From Botryllus schlosseri (taxonomy: Eukaryota), in NCBI GenBank assembly GCA_051294905.1, contig CM119372.1:17796001-17860000 (forward strand): a stretch of 64,000 nucleotides of DNA, in the 5' to 3' direction. The translations under genes were made by a program, and so were the position numbers. Below the pieces are notes generated by a model, which saw only the letters and a list, made by a program, of their open reading frames with translations, was not told the DNA's origin and did no database searches. Shown here piece by piece: positions 62,501 to 64,000 of the stretch. Position 1 is the first letter of the stretch; every line of letters starts with the position of its first letter.

Positions 62501-63033
62501 ATCAGCAGTTCATCAGTTTTGGCAATTTCAATGCTAGGAACGATATAAATTCAACGGTTGACTTTTAATTTGCTGTTCAAGAGGTTGATATTACATTGTA
62601 TTTTGACTTCAAAAACTTATGCTATATGTTGAAGAGTGTCATCTTGCAGGAGATATGTACTCGCAAAAGAATGGAACTTTCCCAGTCCGTCTCGACTGTC
62701 TTTGACCTGCAACTTGGTCCTAAGAACAAACCAGGTATAGAATAATAAGAATAACTCACTTTTCATTGCTAGAAAACTTCGATTCAGACCGATAAAGCAA
62801 ATTATAAATAAAATTTCTAGATTTTTCAATTGAAGAAGTTCTGGGAAGGAGGTTAAAAGGAACGTGCCCCCTGGCAAGCAAGAGCCTGGTCAAATTTGTA
62901 GTTCCGGATAATGTGATCCTGCAACCGTTGCCGACTTACAGCGACGGAAATTTGCGAGTGTACGATTTGGTGTCGATGAAAAAAACCGGGAACATCAAGG
63001 CAAAATGGAGTAATGCCGCTGTTTCCTCATCGG
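59416..63033 (+). CDS. PIGT: GPI transamidase component PIG-T, 5' seven exons (continues beyond window)
   Basis: Exons 59416-59581, 60069-60246, 61291-61418, 61477-61577, 62322-62411, 62650-62734 and 62821-~63033, GT-AG and in phase. Motifs: signal peptide, [66 protein letters not shown] and CPLASKS. Confidence 0.93.
59759..60022. mobile_element. hAT-type MITE family D in PIGT intron 1
   Basis: CAGAGGTGGTCA / TGACCACCTCTG; perfect TSD gtcacagc. Confidence 0.92.
60069..60246 (+). CDS. PIGT: PIG-T exon 2
   Basis: YHYHLFPRNIG...[12 protein letters not shown]. Confidence 0.92.
60268..60782. mobile_element. Palindromic TTAA MITE (Kolobok-like) in PIGT intron 2
   Basis: TTAA flanks; outer arms match 45376-45857, interior differs. 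Confidence 0.88.
61291..61418 (+). CDS. PIGT: PIG-T exon 3
   Basis: [23 protein letters not shown]...SFQPEG. Confidence 0.92.
61477..61577 (+). CDS. PIGT: PIG-T exon 4
   Basis: [25 protein letters not shown], after a 58-nt intron. Confidence 0.9.
61669..62115. mobile_element. hAT-type MITE family D in PIGT intron 4
   Basis: CAGATGTGGTCA / TGACCACCTTTG; flanks gatataca / gatatacc. Confidence 0.8.
62322..62411 (+). CDS. PIGT: PIG-T exon 5
   Basis: acag|NGISRLIDPANLHHSRFLSLGLDFKYTCTE|gtgag. Confidence 0.8.
62650..62734 (+). CDS. PIGT: PIG-T exon 6
   Basis: gcag|EICTRKRMELSQSVSTVFDL...|gtatag. Confidence 0.8.
62821..63033 (+). CDS. PIGT: PIG-T exon 7 (3' boundary uncertain)
   Basis: FSIEEVLGRRLKGTCPLASKSLV...VYDL...NIKAKW. 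Confidence 0.78.
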
Positions 63034-63388
63034 GTGTGTGGTAATTCACCGTTGTCACTCAAGGTTATCATCTTTTTGCAGTCTTTTATGACTGCCCTGC
63101 TCCCTAGTATTATATGTGTCATGCTGAATAGCCTAGCAGGGCTGGACATTGAACAACTTCAGCGAGTCAACGCGTGTGTTATACCCGGAACCAGTCAAAA
63201 GTGGTCATCGTTGGTACTCAAGTGGCAGAAGTAAAAGTAACGCCATATATTTATACACAAGTAAGAGCGGAAGTAACGGCTTCCAAGACATATGAAAACT
63301 ACTTGATGAGGTAGTTGTAGTGAAGATCTGAAAATTACTTACTTGAGTCGCACATTCTATTAGCAGCTGCTTAATGACACTACTATTT

Positions 63389-63886
63389 CAGGGTTGTAAT
63401 GACTCAAGTCACGATTTTATGATGACTCGAGTCATTTTCTCAAAATACGGAAATGACTCGACTCGAGTCAATCTGTGTATTGACTCGACTTGGAACCAAG
63501 TCATATGACTCGAAACTTAGACGACCAAGACCAACATTTCATTGTAATTTCGAATAATAGTAAAGTAACCACACTTGGGATTTCGTGTATTGGTACTGGT
63601 ACTTGCAAATACGACCACAGAAACTGCTTAAAGTGAGGAAAATTAGTATATTATAAATGCGAACCATTCGATATCACCAAACAGAGTTATAGAAAGTGGG
63701 TTTACAAGACTTTAACAGGAAACTGAGCAGTCAACACAATGACTTGGACTCGGACTCGACCCTCTTCCCGCTGACTTGCACTCGAACTTGACTCTGTGGT
63801 CAATTGAAAATGACTCGACTTGAGACAAAACTGTAAAAGTGAGATTGACTTGTGACTCGGAGCCATGTGACTTGGTTGCAACCCTG
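63389..63886. mobile_element. hAT-type MITE family A, uninterrupted copy
   Basis: CAGGGTTGTAA / TTGCAACCCTG; flanks tactattt / atctattt (degenerate TSD). Confidence 0.85.
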
Positions 63887-64000
63887 ATCTATTTTACAAA
63901 ATCCAAAGTGTAAAAATAATTAGTTTTGTCTAAAGAGCTGTTAGTAGCATAATATTGAATGGAGTGCCGTAATGATGAAAACTGAGAGTCTGAAACTCTC

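Overview
Animal (eukaryotic) genomic DNA with GT-AG introns; gene compactness and operon-like gene pairs suggest a tunicate/ascidian or another trans-splicing invertebrate, which is inference only. Seven genes are recognisable: POLE2 (5'-truncated by the window), KIFBP, a 16-coding-exon furin on the minus strand (reconstructed to 832 aa), gamma-synergin, SEC22B, APH-1 and the 5' part of PIG-T. The most notable pattern is three co-oriented, tightly spaced gene pairs (POLE2>KIFBP, SEC22>SYNRG, APH1>PIGT). Five of these six genes have uninterrupted ORFs, and each downstream gene has a splice acceptor with no evident donor just before its ATG, as expected for operons resolved by SL trans-splicing. 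Intergenic and intronic space holds many non-autonomous DNA transposons (hAT-type with 8-bp TSDs, TTAA-flanked Kolobok-like hairpins, a Galileo/P-like foldback), often nested 2-3 deep. There is also a THAP-domain remnant, a tRNA-derived SINE and LINE fragments. No database search was possible; all family names come from recognised motifs.
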